From Octopus vulgaris (Eukaryota), in contig OX597814.1 in NCBI GenBank assembly GCA_951406725.2, positions 81,592,001 to 81,656,000 of the forward strand: 64,000 nucleotides of DNA, in the 5' to 3' direction. Shown in pieces: positions 25,369-37,346 of this stretch. The stretch's first letter is position 1. Each line of letters starts with the position of its first letter. The notes under the pieces were generated by a model. The model was not told where the DNA came from. It did not search any database and worked only from the letters and a program-made list of their open reading frames with translations. The translations under genes and the position numbers were made by a program.

Positions 25369-27029
25369 CTGACAAGATGGCATCTTGAAAGGAGGCAACA
25401 GGAAATCACACCTGAATTTCTTTTTGCTTTGTCTTTTACTTGTTTCAGTCATTAGACTGTAGCCATGCTGGGGCACTACATGAAAGATTCAGTTTCTTTT
25501 GACGAGCTGCTAAGTAGTAGGGATATAAACAAACCCATATGGTTGTTAGTGAAGGGGGACAAACACAAATATACACAACAAACACCCAAAACAGGCTTCT
25601 ACACAGTTTCCATTGACCAAATTCACTTATGTGTTGGCCGGGGGTTAAAGTAGAAAACACATGGCTGCAAAGTTAGCTTCTTAACCAAACAGCTATGCCT
25701 ATGCCTGCATGAATAGTCATACCAGTGTCTATACAATTATACCTGCCCACAAAAATTGTATGATAATTACATAGTATTTATCAAGGAAATCATCAGAGGA
25801 TCATTTGTTGATATAATAATGCAGAAAGAAAACACATGCCTAAATTGCTGCACAGTGGGATTGAAGCAATAACCATATGATTGAGAAGTCAACTTCTTAA
25901 AAGGTAGTCATATTTCAATTTATTTAAGTTATAATTTCAGTATTTAAGAAAAAGAAAACAAAGACAAATTTTATGAGCTGAAGTATCTTTTATTTGATCA
26001 GTCAACTTGGTAGAAATAGCAGCCAAAAATATCTTTCAAATACACTTTGATGTCTCAAAAGTAAAATAAATATGGGAAAAAACATTGGGTAATGTGGTTC
26101 TTGATCATAGATCTGCTTGATCTGGAGCTACGCAGCAACAATTGCAATCTTCCAACTCATTTAACATCTGCCTTCCATGCTGGCATAGGTGGGACAAATT
26201 ATTTATTATTATTTACAAATGGCATGGGTGTGTGAATAAAAATGTCAAACTGTTACTTCCTGAGTAGGAGCTGATATCAATGAAACACAGCATGGTTAAG
26301 TGGTTAAAAAGTTAACTTCACAATCATGAGGTTATGGGTTTGACCCCACTATGTGACATCAAGGGTAAATGTCATTTATCATAGTCTTGAGGTGACCCAA
26401 GCCTTGTGAGTGAAATTGGGAAGATAGAAACTGTGTGAAAGCCTGTCAGGTAGACTGTACCAGTAATTTAACATGTTTCAACATTTCATAGTCATACTGA
26501 TTCTAACTGAGAATTATGTCAAGAGTATATGTATCTGTGGAATACTCAGCCACTTAAATGCTAATTCAATGAGTAGGCCATTCTGTTTGGTCAAACAACT
26601 ACATGCTAATTGTTGAAATTAATGGAGAATTATTACCTGATGTCAGCTGTACAAGTTTCACCGTCTTTGGGTACTTAATTTGTTTCAGATTTTGTAGGGA
26701 AGAATTCTAGTCAGGAGAGGAACTCCAAACTGGAAAAAAATATACTCCATATATTATCAGCAATTAACATCTGTTTTCCATGCTGGCATGGGTTGGAGGG
26801 TTTGACAAAGAGCTGATAAGGCTGGAAGCTGCACCAGGCTCCCTTGTCTGTTTTGGCATGGTTTCTACAGCTTGATGCCCTTCCTAATGCCAACTACTTT
26901 ACAGAGTGTACTGGGTGCATTTTATGTAGCACCAGCACACACACAGGAGTGTATGTGTGTGTATGTAAATCTCGATTTTCTATCTTTCTGATTTTTTAGT
27001 AAATTAAATATATTAAATAAGGCACTGCA

Positions 27030-27560
27030 AGATGAACAAAAGATTCTCATCAGCAAAATGCTCAGGTTTTGAGAAATAACCACTCTCACTTCACACATTT
27101 CAATAAATATGATTCATCACAAAATGTCTTACAATTAATCCCAGAACACCTCTCCAGCTCTAAGCAACAAATTCGTTGATCTGAAGCAAATGAGCTTCCT
27201 TTCTTGGATTTCTCAACCCTTTCTCTTTAACTGACAAAATAATGACTGCCTGGCTAAAATGGAGTTTGACTAAATTGACAAGCTAATGGACATAACAAAT
27301 GATGACAGGATGAAACTGATCCTTGCTTTAAAACAACACTTCATGTGGATGGAACCCTAAAATGATGGCAAATATAACAAATGAGCTACAAAGGCCCAAC
27401 AAATGTTTCTGACCTTTCCAGTGGCATAACTTAGTTAGATATGTCTTTAATGCTGTAATGGATACATTGACTAAAAAAGGAGGATGTCTAAACATTTGTT
27501 AATCATGGAGATCTTTGAGCAAAACTAACTGGATTTGTTTCATGATTTTCTAGTTTAGTT
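27030..27560 (+). mobile_element. hAT (Buster/Charlie-type) C-terminal dimerisation-domain remnant
   Basis: MFLTFPVA*LVRYVFNAVMDTLTKKGGCLNI…GDL*AKLT resembles LPFPTSYLVE.GFSAV..LTKKRNRL.I..GDLRLKLT. Confidence 0.6.
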
Positions 27561-28264
27561 ATTCTGTGTGCAGACAAAAGTTGGCATCAAATTAAATGGA
27601 AGTTTTGTGCTGCAAGGATTTCAGTACTTCAATATTTTTTTCTTTGGGTGATAAAAATGCACTTTTGACTTGGCATGTAAACACACTCATTACTCTCTCG
27701 GAGTAGTTGGCATTAGGAAGGGCATCTAGCCATGCCAAATCAGACTGGAGTCTGGTGTAGCCTTCCAGTTTGCCAGCCCTGGTCAAACTGTCTAACCCAT
27801 GCCAGTATGGACAATGGACGTTAAATGATGATGATGATGATGATGATAGTTGAATATTAAATAACATAGAAATTTTATGATCCGCTGAAATAAGGATTTT
27901 TTTTCCCCATTTAATAAAAGAATTAATTTTCTTTATCAAAGTTTCAATTATTACTACCAAAAAAAGTGTAGTGGTAAAAAAAATTATCGGATGGCAATTC
28001 AAGACAGGGAGAAAATGATAAAATCTGAGATTAGAAAAGGAATGTGGCCAGGGACTCTGAAAATCTCTAACCTAGTCACTTGAATGCCATAATCTCATTT
28101 TATAACCACTATTTTGTCCACTTAGTTGAAACAGACATAAAACACACATAAATATACTCCACTACATTGATCCCAAATTCTCTGCTGGATTGCTGTATAA
28201 ATCTAGCACATCTGACATAGAAATTGAGTGTTAAAAGTTATGGCAGTAGATTTATGTCTTTCAT

Positions 28265-28342
28265 TTACAGACATAAGATCTTATTTCGAGAGTTTTCAAA
28301 AACTTCCAACATGCTTTCCAGATCTTGTTCAGCATCCAAAAC
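28265..28342 (-). CDS. TK2: TK2 exon 10, terminal (VLDAEQDLESMLEVFENSRNKILCL*)
   Basis: poly-T ctag| acceptor, TAA stop at 28265-28267; aligns with human [23 protein letters not shown]. The ten exons sum to 735 nt in one open frame. Confidence 0.93.
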   Translation of the reverse strand, partial: VLDAEQDLESMLEVFENSRNKILCL

Positions 28343-28569
28343 CTAGAAAAAAAAAATGAAGAAATATTTGTATTAATTGAAAACTGAAAAGTAAAGAAAG
28401 TTTATACAATAGGAAAAAACAATATAAACAGGTGTCTGAGTGAATGCATATATAAATGTGTGTGATTGTGGTAACCCAGTATGACTGCAATCCAATGCAT
28501 GAAAAAAGTAAAAACAATTCACAGGATTATGTACACAGACACAGACACACACACACACAACATACGTAC

Positions 28570-28647
28570 CAGGACTTCTGCATGTTTTTCATAACAACCA
28601 TGTATGAGCCACTCTTCTTGTCGTTCATGTAAAGATTGGAGATATTC
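28570..28647 (-). CDS. TK2: TK2 exon 9 (EYLQSLHERQEEWLIHGCYEKHAEVL)
   Basis: catttctag| acceptor, |gtacgt donor, 78 nt; EYL..LH...EEWL motif. Confidence 0.93.
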
Positions 28648-29696
28648 CTAGAAATGAATTTATAAATAAAAGATTAAGACACAAAAGTAAAAATATATAG
28701 ATGTTAAATATGCATTGCAGAAACAGAATTGTCATAAATAAAAGGTTCTTCAGATTAATTTTTCAGAGAACTACTAAAAAGGTTACCTTTTCTTCACCTG
28801 GTTTTCCCCCAAAGTTAGGAATGTTTAAATTAATTTGTATGACTATCCCTTTCTGTAAAGGAAAATGGTCTTTGACTAAAGAGTTGGTTGCTTAACCTGC
28901 AAGAATTATCAACCAAGTATATCGCTGCGTTCTATCCCCTCTTTTGCTCTTTTCTAATGAGTTGTAGTGCAATTGAACACTGTATACAATAAGTTCATTA
29001 TTGCTATTACTACTATTAACTTAATTGTCAATTATATTTACTATTAAGGTGATGAGCTGGCAGAATCATTAGCATACCAGGCAAAATGCTTAGCAGTATT
29101 TCATCCAACTTTATGTTCTGAGTTCAAATTCTGCCAAGGTTGATTTTGCCTTTCACTATTATGGAGTCAATAAAATAAGTATTAGTTGAGTATTGAGATT
29201 GATAGTAATTGATTTACCCCCACCTCCAAAATTGCTAGCCTTGTGCTAGAATTTGAAATCAATTATCTTTACTATTCCATTGACCTGTACTACAATTCCT
29301 GGGCCAGTCAAACAGTATATATGTTGGTTCAGGTGACATTACATGTAGGGGAACAACTAAAAAGATAATATCCCTGCTATGGACAATAAAATAAAATTTT
29401 AAAATCCACTCCTGGGAATGAATAAAGGGTTCAGTTAAAAATTCGGGGAACATTACTAAATTATGAAACATCTAAAAGTGGCTGGGACATACAACTGCTA
29501 AAATATTGTGACTGACTATAACAACCAAGATGAGAACACTACTCCAAATATGTCCATGTGTAAGAATAGAATCATCTTCTGCTAATATTAGTAAAACAGA
29601 TAGAGATTTTAAAGTGCCAATCAGCCTATCAGTCAGAATCAGAAGTGACACAAATAATAAAAAATGAAAACATATTACTGAAATAAAATTACAAAC

Positions 29697-29776
29697 CAAA
29701 GTTATATTTAGTTCCTCTTTTCTATTTCGTTTCTTAATTCTTTCAAGTGCTGTTTCTGGATGGCATCTAAGATAAA
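29697..29776 (-). CDS. TK2: TK2 exon 8, lid region (IYLRCHPETALERIKKRNRKEELNITL)
   Basis: gctattccag| acceptor, |gtttgt donor, 80 nt; YLR..PE...R..KR.R.EE lid motif. Confidence 0.95.
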
Positions 29777-30779
29777 CTGGAATAGCAAAAATGTTTAATA
29801 AAATTAAATGTTAAATACTGTAATAAACTAAAATTCTATGCAGAGTTTTTTTAAACTATTCTCACTACATTAACTATGGTAACAATGACTTTACTACAGG
29901 TCAGAGTTAGTTCACTGCAAACTAAAATATTGCCTTTCAAATCTGTTTTTCAATACAAAGGGGAAATGGTAAGATTGCAGGATTTGAATTTTAGAAAAAA
30001 AAACAAAACACCAGAGTAATGGACCAAATATCTTTATAACTCTAGGTTTTGATTTCAAAATCCAACTGAGGTCAACTTTGGTTTTTTACTCCTCTTATCA
30101 CACAAGACAAAATCAATATTGGTTGATGCAATCAACAGTAACACAGTATCTTTAACAGTTAACATGTAGTTATGCCAATGAATGGGCAGGGACAAGGTAG
30201 ATAAAGTAGAGCTCTAACCAAAACACTTTTGAGCATCTATTTTGCAGTTCTTCATTTGAGATGATTGGATTCCATCTTTCTTTACTCCAGTGTCAATAAA
30301 ACCAACTACTTATCATGTACTGGAGTTGAATCAACCAATACACCCACCCACCCATCAAATATGTGGCCTTGTCTCCAACTAAGAAATCATTATTAATTTC
30401 TCCACATGAAAGGAGGAAGAGGAGGAGGTTGTTATCATCATCATCATCATCATTTAATATTCACTTTTACATGCCTACATGGGTCAAGCAGAGTATATTT
30501 GAGGCAGATTTTATACAGCTGGATACCCTTCCTATCACCAACCCTCACCTGTTTCCAAGCAAGCTAATATTTCCCCATGGCCAGACATATTTTTCCAGAA
30601 TATTGGGAAAGAATGACACTGCTTGTATGACAGTGACACTCATTTACAACAACTATCACACAATGCCAAGACAAGGATACATGTACATGCATGCAATCAA
30701 ACTATTATATATATATATATATATATAAATGTAACAAGGATGTCCAGATATCAATAAATTACAGCCATTTAAAGCAGCT

Positions 30780-31455
30780 CCATTTAATTGATCAATGAAA
30801 ACATTACATCAATTTGAAAGAAACTGCTCTCCTCAGTTGTAGATGACCATATAGATTTCCAACAAAAAGGATAAACCATTTTTAACAAATTTATATCAAC
30901 ACTAAAAACCAAAATAATTACATTGTTTCCTTATGTTATATTTGTGGCAGAATCTGCCACCTACTGGATATAGCAAACATACATTTCTAAATACCAATAA
31001 AGGAGATGTAAACCACAATGGAAAGCAACAAGTACAGCCAAACTGTGATAGTAGAAATGATTATGATATAGCTAACATGGTAACACTGTCAGAAAATGAA
31101 GTCAGAACTGCCATATATACAAATAAATATAAATGCTCATGCAGAGAGAAATCAAAATGCCCACTGACGAACCTCTGTATGAGTACAAATCTTGAGCATA
31201 AATGTACTGTGCACACAAGGGGAAGATCATATGTTTACATTGGGCAAATGGCCAATTGATTTAAGAATCATTATTGCAACAATGTTGCCAGCTTGAAGAG
31301 AATCAATAAGAGACATTTAACATCTTTGGCTGATTTTGTGTGGCAACTGAAGGAAGATAAAATTAAGCATAGCATAACTTGTCCATAGTATGGCACGTAA
31401 AACTATACAATATCATTTCCAGGAGATGCCATCTCTGCTCCAAGGAATCCCTGTC
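30780..31455 (+). mobile_element. Penelope-like GIY-YIG remnant
   Basis: CSCREKSKCPL..LC…VYIGQ…F…TSLADFVWQLKE…RRCHLCSKE. Confidence 0.8.
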
Positions 31456-31732
31456 TATGCATGTAATTGGGAAGCAAGCTTCTTACTTCACGGTCATGCC
31501 TGAGCTATGTTTCACTACATATCTTTATGTTTCAAGCTAAAAATTTTACCAGTTTTTATTTTGTCTACTAGCTCAACATAGTCAGTTCACAAGTATTAGA
31601 AACATACAGAGATCAGTGCAACAGAATATATTCAATTCCCTAGAAATTTGTGATCATGTACCAAGTTATAAATCAGATACAATTAATTCTGTCAAAAGAT
31701 TATAAGATCAGTACAAAAATATAATAACTTAC

Positions 31733-31821
31733 TAATTTGATCAACATGAAAGTCAAGATGGTTGGTAGCCCAGTTAAACCACTCAGTTAAAACTTCATAG
31801 TCCACACTTGGCATTAAACCA
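31733..31821 (-). CDS. TK2: TK2 exon 7 (GLMPSVDYEVLTEWFNWATNHLDFHVDQI)
   Basis: ctttctgacag| acceptor, |gtaagt donor, 89 nt; matches human GKMPEVDYVVLSEWFDW; visible within ORF 31692..31880. Confidence 0.95.
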
Positions 31822-32605
31822 CTGTCAGAAAGAGAATTAACAAACATGAAACACAGCACAATGGTAACATTAAATAACAAGTTATTGTACTTATTGGTTT
31901 TACAGTGGTATTTGAATGGATTATTTCATATTCTTACTGATTAGCCTCATCCTTCATCAAGCAAATCTGATATTCTAGCCTTTATCACCCATCTTTTTCA
32001 ATGACAAAATCAAATGTGTGGTTCCTATTCCAAGATGGCAGAGTGTGATCTGATGGTAATTTGACTGTTATTCATAGAAGAATGAGCAACCACAAAGAGT
32101 ATTGCCTCATTCTCATTGTTGATGCTTAAAATGACAATAGGGTGTCTGGATCAGTAAAGCATTAAGTTGAATGACATACAAAAATCAATTTTTAATTCTA
32201 CACAAGTTGATTTTGTCTATCTTCCTTCCAGGATCAATACAATAAGTATGAGATAGGTTTGTTAAAGCTGGTCAAACCACTACCTTACACATCTACAACA
32301 TCATAACACTGTGAGAAATAATTATTCATTGTCGTTCTTAAAGTGGAGGAATGACATAAACACTTCAACAACACAGGACCAAATGCTGTGCAGCTTTTAG
32401 TTTCTATCCTCCATTGTGGTTGTACTTGATTTCAGTCTTCATATATTAATAACATAAGTACTAGTAATATACTGAGCTCAACTGAACTGCAGTAGGTTCA
32501 ATTTATATAAATTTATTCTTCAGCTGGGACTGATCAAAGAATAAATTTAATGTAAATGTAGACATTGGATACATAAGGTCTGGAAAAGAAAAAGGTGAGC
32601 TTTAA

Positions 32606-32826
32606 CCCTTTGGTGTTCGCATTATTCTACCAAAATTAATGCTTTTTCATCCACATTGTCTTGAACTAATCATGCATTATCTTGTAGCTTTGAGATTTCG
32701 ATGAGGTAGCTGTTAATTTTTAAAACGATATTGTAGGGTTGGTGTGAGAGACCAGATCTGGCCATTTTGAACATAAAACAGGCAGAATACTTTTGGCCAG
32801 ATATGGCCGGTTTAAATGCTAAAGGG
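32606..32826 (+). mobile_element. piggyBac-type MITE (TTAA|CCCT…AGGG|TTAA)
   Basis: TTAA target duplication with CCCTTT/AAAGGG termini; homologous copies at 7254-7461 and 34977-35197. Confidence 0.8.
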
Positions 32827-33149
32827 TTAAACCCACCACATCATTCATAAAGTGATTAGTAAGAGATATACATTCAAGTACCTTCATAAACCACAATTTT
32901 TTTTCACTATTTATCAAAATATCCCACCCATTTTATGTTCACATTTACATTTAATATTAGAGAAATGTAGGTGTAAGCTGAAAAAAAGTGTAGAGAGCTG
33001 AATCAAATCTTTATTATATTTAGTTTCATACTTCAATGCTCTGAGTTTAAACCTTGTTATAATTAGGTCTGTCTTTCATTCTGCCAAGATCAATAAAACA
33101 AATACTCATTATAAAATAGAATTCATTCCCAAGAAATGTAACTTTTTCG

Positions 33150-33770
33150 ACTGATAACTGTCAATCTATTGCACCCAGTTCAAACATCTCAAAATGCAGT
33201 GAAGACAGTTGCAAACAAACTCCTTCATAATTTTGAATCTTTCTCTCTCTCTTTCTTTCTCTCTCTCACTTTTCACTGAACATCAGTATGGTTTCTGTAG
33301 TATCAAAGTAAGTGAAACTTGCTCTCGTTTGTCATATATCAGTAAGAATTTCAGTAAAAGTGGGAAAAGCAAATTACATTAGCAAAGCATCAAGCCATGT
33401 CTAGCATAAGAACTTTGTAGATAAGCTGTCTACCTATGGGCTTTATAAATCACACACCTCTTCAATCGGAAGTTTCCTAACAGATCACTCAGTTGCCACT
33501 GTCAGGGTTTACTCTGAAATATTCTGTCCCTTCTGGTGTACCCCAGAGTTCAGTTATATTGCCATTAGTTTTCTTTCTGTAAATTGACAACTCATTCGAT
33601 CTTTCTTCTAATCACATACATACACATGCAGCTGATTTCACCTGTCATTTCTTTCTCAGTTTGTACAAAAGATTTAATCCATAATCGACCTCCTCATCTC
33701 ATATCTTGTTCACAGTGTTTCCAGAATAATGTAAACCCATGATTCTTCAACAGAATACTTCAACACAAAT
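33150..33770 (+). mobile_element. Highly decayed LINE (CR1/Jockey-group) RT fragment
   Basis: HQYGFC, ISKA….HK…KLSTYG, SFL, SGVPQSS remnants. Confidence 0.55.
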
Positions 33771-34140
33771 ACACAATTATGACACATACAAGGGAAAATG
33801 TCTTGCATTACATCCTCCATGCTTATAACCAAACAGCTAAAGCTTTCAGATTTACTTTAAATGACAATCCTTAGAATCTTTGATAATCTTTTAAAGCAAT
33901 TTTACATATACAATATTGCCAAAACTATAAATAAACCTGGTTCCTTCGGGGATGGCAAAAATATTTCAGCTTGATCAGTTGGTAACCTTCTCCACAAAAG
34001 CAAGGTGCAACTCACAAGAAAGTTCTGTAACTGAACTCAACTATCTTACACAGCAATCAAAAGAAAACCATTTGACAAGCTTATTCAAACAGATGAGGAT
34101 AAAAAAAGGGTTTCAAAGTAGAAAATGTTGCATGAACTAC

Positions 34141-34214
34141 CTTTTGTACAAATTCTCTACAAAAACATATTTTGCACTATAAATAGACCTCTCCATCATT
34201 TGTACTGGTTTGGC
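34141..34214 (-). CDS. TK2: TK2 exon 6 (AKPVQMMERSIYSAKYVFVENLYKS)
   Basis: ttttccag| acceptor, |gtagtt donor, 74 nt; catalytic ERS motif. Confidence 0.96.
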
Positions 34215-34768
34215 CTGGAAAAAAAAATAGATGAATTACTTAGAAATGAAAATCTAAGTAATATATATAAAAAAAAAAACGTTTGCACAAAGAGCTTAGT
34301 TTAGCAAATATGCTTCAATTTTGTGGACAGATTTTAATCAGCAAAATAAAAGTGATTAATATTTATCTCTTGTACAGGTGCAAAAGACAATGGCAAGTTT
34401 TATCATCAGAGGTATACATCAATGAAAGGTATAACCAATGAGTGATCAAACTTTCTGACTATTCGTTAGATAATGAAGTAGATAGTTTTTGTAAACCAGG
34501 TGACTAAATCCAGTTGTAGCTAGAGGAACAGAGAAGTGAAAGATATTCAAGGTGGAAATGTTTCTGCTTGTTTCCTTCCACATCTTTCTTTGTCTTCCTG
34601 ATACTGAAAGTTAAGCATGAATGGTAAGGACAAGTGGTGTCTCAGGACTGGAAGGAAACAATTACATGACAGTTAGCAAGGTAGGTTATTAAAAACTATG
34701 TAACTTAAATATTAAGTTTGGCATCAAAAACTTGCAGCAAGTGTGAAGCATATTTAGTATTTACTTAC

Positions 34769-34858
34769 AGATTTACTCATATGATTTTGTAGCATTGTGA
34801 GTTGGACATAAGACTGGAAAGTAAATCCCCAACGATAAGGGTCCTTGTACATCAGATC
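34769..34858 (-). CDS. TK2: TK2 exon 5 (DLMYKDPYRWGFTFQSYVQLTMLQNHMSKS)
   Basis: tcttttcag| acceptor, |gtaagt donor, 90 nt; conserved LMY..RW..FQ.YVQLTM substrate-binding helix. Confidence 0.96.
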
Positions 34859-34976
34859 CTGAAAAGATGAGAATAAGAAATTACAAAATACTGCAAGTTA
34901 TAAATGACTAAGTTATTTGGATGCCTGCCTACCTACTACCACAAGTTCATGGCAAATGCATTGGACACTCCTTTAA

Positions 34977-35197
34977 CTCTTTAACATTTAAGCCAGCTAT
35001 GTCCAGCCTTAATATTCTACTTGTTTTATGTTTAAATCAGCCAAATTTGGCCTATCACATGTATCCTACTATGTCATTCTAAAAAGTAAACAATGATGAC
35101 ATCAAAATCTTGAATCTACAATATAAACCATAATTAATTGAAAACAATGTGACTAAATAAGCATTACATGTGGCAGAGTAATCTGAATGCTAAAGGG
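34977..35197 (-). mobile_element. piggyBac-type MITE, inverted relative to the 32606 copy
   Basis: Its reverse complement aligns along the full length with 32606-32826; TTAA flanks. Confidence 0.75.
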
Positions 35198-35586
35198 TTA
35201 ATAAACCCAGTTCATCTTGCCATAATTAGACATCTTGAAGTGAAAACACTTTAGTTCAGAAGCAGTATAAAGTAGCTTTCATTAGCCTGGAGTTCTGAAC
35301 TTAAACTGTTCCAATAGGTATAACATGAGCCAAATATGCACCCTGTTGAAAAGGGGAAATGTCCCCCCCCCACCCCAACCCAGTCATTTTGTACAGATGA
35401 AATAAGAAGCTAAAACTGAAATATTTTAACACATAAGCTGCAAATGATGAAAAGTAGGTGGGGAAAGAAAAGAAATAATTTTTTTAAAATCCAATAAAAA
35501 GTAGAAAAGGAATTTAAAATTATGGATATATTCATTTTCTCTCAAAGAAGTGTTTCACACCAAAATGTATAATTTTCAACATATAT

Positions 35587-35814
35587 GGCCCAGTGGTTAG
35601 GGCAGCGGACTTGCGGTCGGAGGATCGCGGTTTCGATTCCCAGACCGGGCGTTGTGTGTGTTTATTGAGCGAAAACACCTAAAAGCTCCACGAGGCTCCG
35701 GCAGGGGATGGTGGTGATCCCTGCTGTACTCTTTCACCACTCTAAAAGGCGGTGCTTCAGCATGGCCGCAGTCAAATGACTGAAACAAGTACAAAAAAAA
35801 AAAAAAAAAAAAAA
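35587..35814 (+). mobile_element. Young tRNA-derived SINE with poly(A) tail
   Basis: A-box TGGCCCAGTGG, B-box GGTTTCGATTCC, CpGs retained, family-B-type 3' end and a run of about 22 A. Confidence 0.8.
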
Positions 35815-36129
35815 TATCACTTCAAAAGACACTAAAATATTCCTTTATTCTTTTTTTTGCTTTCCTCATTCTCACTGCATACTTTTTAATGCTCACTACA
35901 TTAAATGTATTAATACAGACATATTTATAGTTAAAGCTAAGGCAGCTGTCTATATCTGACTATAAGAGTACAAGAATACTTGCTCCATCAATATGGAAGT
36001 TCTTCAGATGCAACTTCTTCAGAGAACTGCAATAAATTTATTGTGCTACATATTACAGTCATTTGTCTATGTAAACATTATTTTATTATTACTTTTCAGT
36101 GGCTTAGTTCTACATACAGTATCGGAATC

Positions 36130-36578
36130 AAATTCAATGACTGGCATCCGTGCTAGTGAGCGCTAAGAGCACCATCCGAGCGTGATCGTTGCCACAGCAG
36201 CTAACTGGCTTCTGTGCCAGTGGAACATAAAAAGCACCATTTGAGTGTGACTGTTATCAGTATCACCTTACTGGCACGAGAAAAAACATTCGTGCAAGGT
36301 CATTGCCAGTGCTGCTGGACTGACTCCTGTGCAGGTGGTACATAAAAAACACCATTTGAGTGTGGCCGTTGCCAGTACCACCTGACTGGCCTCATGCCGG
36401 TGGCATGTAAAAGCACCCACTATACTCTTGGAGTGGTTGGTATTAGGAAGGGCATCCAGCTGTAGAAACTGCCAGAAAGATTGGAGCCTGGTACAGCCAT
36501 CTGGTTTGCCAGTCCTCAGTCAAATCGTCCAACCCATGCTAGCATGGAAAGCGGACGTTAAACGATGATGATGATGAA
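36130..36578 (-). mobile_element. RTE-tail-type non-autonomous retroelement (family C) ending in (GAT)n
   Basis: GGAAGGGCATCCAGCTGTAGAAAC…CATGCTAGCATGGAAAGCGGACGTTAAACGATGATG with ~60-bp internal tandem units. Strand is given relative to the 42450 copy. Other copies at 10030-10190, 24565-24695, 26760-26935, 27670-27845, 39970-40140, 42450-42795, 46160-46400 and 56715-57150. Confidence 0.75.
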
Positions 36579-36924
36579 GTAGGGAGGTAGTCACCTTCAA
36601 ATCAGAGGCCCTAATGCTTGGAAGAGTGTAGTCTCCACCAAAGGTACATAAAATTATGTGGTGATACACCAAACAAGATTTAACTCTACCACCCAATATA
36701 CCTCTGTTCACTATACTTGTTGGCTGTTGATATTTGTTGCCAGTGAATGCACACTAACAAGAAATCTCTTCACAGTAGAATTTAAAATATTTATTGTAGA
36801 AAATTATCTTTTGTAAATAAAAGGAATGTTCAAGGAATAATACAACTATGTTTTTACAGAAATATTTTTTTTATGGTTATCTGAAAATTCACAGTCAAAG
36901 TAATGAAAAAGTTTGGACATATCC

Positions 36925-36985
<61 letters not shown>

Positions 36986-37146
36986 TTTTGCTTGTTTCAG
37001 AGGCTGTGGCTGTACTGAGGTATCACCATTCATATATATATATATTGTTCATATATGTCAAAATGGATATTAATTTGACTAGATTTTCTTGAAATAAAAA
37101 ACTTTCAAAGAAAAGTAAAGATATTGGTTAAAAGTTTAAACTTTAC

Positions 37147-37200
37147 CAGCATATTATGACCATTTACATTCTGCCATTTCTTGACAGCTTCAGAGATAAT
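37147..37200 (-). CDS. TK2: TK2 exon 4 (IISEAVKKWQNVNGHNML)
   Basis: ttttttag| acceptor, |gtaaag donor, 54 nt; aligns with human VLTEPVSKWRNVRGHNPL. Confidence 0.93.
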
Positions 37201-37346
37201 CTAAAAAAATAAATAAGAATAAAAAAGGATTTTTAAAAATCTAAAATTCCTTTTGTACACAAAAGTGTACAATATGTGTGTGTGAAGTGATACACACACA
37301 GAATTAATATGTAAATATTCCTATATATGTATATACTACACACACA

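Noticed and set aside
4000-28000. Additional host gene (e.g. TMEM231, the human neighbour of GABARAPL2)
   Set aside because: No recognisable exons; all coding-like segments were explained by transposon remnants. Short exons could have been missed by eye.
35587-35650. tRNA gene
   Set aside because: A/B boxes are present but there is no complete cloverleaf or acceptor stem; it continues into a SINE body.
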